The translations under genes were made by a program, and so were the position numbers. A stretch of DNA of 36,000 nt. Source: a virus (lineage: Duplodnaviria > Caudoviricetes). This document shows positions 35,638 to 36,000 of the stretch, in pieces. The stretch's first letter is position 1; every line of letters starts with the position of its first letter. The stretch is taken from positions 1-36,000 of the IMG/VR virus record IMGVR_UViG_3300020045_010480, one strand, 5' to 3'. The notes under the pieces were generated by a model, which saw nothing but the letters and a program-made list of their open reading frames with translations, was not told the origin of the DNA and searched no databases.

Positions 35638-36000
35638 ATGAAAAAAATATTATCAATTATTCTGTTATTATGTATGACAGTAAGTTTTACATCTATTAAA
35701 GCTAATCCTTTAAATGATACATTAAACAAAACACAAGTTTATAATGATATCAAAAGTCTTTATAAAGATGATTTAAAAGGTGGTGCACAATATGTTGTAG
35801 GTCAAGGAGAAAATGTTATTAAATATGCTACAAACAAAGCAGATTCTTTATTAACTAAAACTTTTCGCACGGCAGGACAAGCAGCTGGTTATACTTATGA
35901 TGTTTTAAAGAAACAACAAGTAGTAAAAAGTGTTCATCATTTATTTTACTGGATATTCAGTATTATATGTAGTATAATCTTATATTTTAAAGTAAAAAAT
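35638..36000 (+). CDS. Signal-peptide membrane protein, runs off the window end
   Basis: MKKILSIILLLCMTVSF... open to position 36000. Confidence 0.7.
   Translation, partial: MKKILSIILLLCMTVSFTSIKANPLNDTLNKTQVYNDIKSLYKDDLKGGAQYVVGQGENVIKYATNKADSLLTKTFRTAGQAAGYTYDVLKKQQVVKSVHHLFYWIFSIICSIILYFKVKN

Noticed and set aside
1-36000. Stop-codon reassignment as in some crAss-like phages
   Set aside because: TerL, portal and other long genes are intact in the standard code and no suppressor tRNA was seen.
1-36000. CRISPR array, reverse transcriptase or DGR, integrase, Ro60
   Set aside because: No regularly spaced repeats and no diagnostic motifs found in any ORF in this window.

Overview
AT-rich window of a large Crassvirales-like (Bacteroidota-infecting) dsDNA phage genome, read in the standard code. 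The left arm (1-12022, minus strand) is the packaging/head module: large terminase, portal, crAss-like head-module genes, a tandem double-GroES co-chaperonin and small accessory genes. After a divergent strand switch at about 12.0-12.3 kb, the right arm (plus strand) is an early/accessory-type region of many small membrane, secreted and lipoprotein genes, an AAA ATPase, a Ppx/GppA-like plus coiled-coil gene pair, a RepL-like wHTH gene and an HNH gene. The most unusual content is non-coding. Besides tRNA-Gln(UUG), tRNA-Lys(UUU) and a tmRNA with a predicted 42-codon tag, there is a circularly permuted tRNA body capped by a UUCG loop (YrlA/Y-RNA-like topology, no Ro60 gene in the window), two tRNA-like RNAs with extra hairpins in the middle, a tRNA with a broken anticodon loop, an about 900-nt hairpin-dense region and several 130-250-nt structured intergenic elements. 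Bases 1-121 exactly duplicate 2474-2594, probably an assembly or chimera artefact. All family calls come from motif recognition by eye and all RNA folds from manual pairing; no searches were run.
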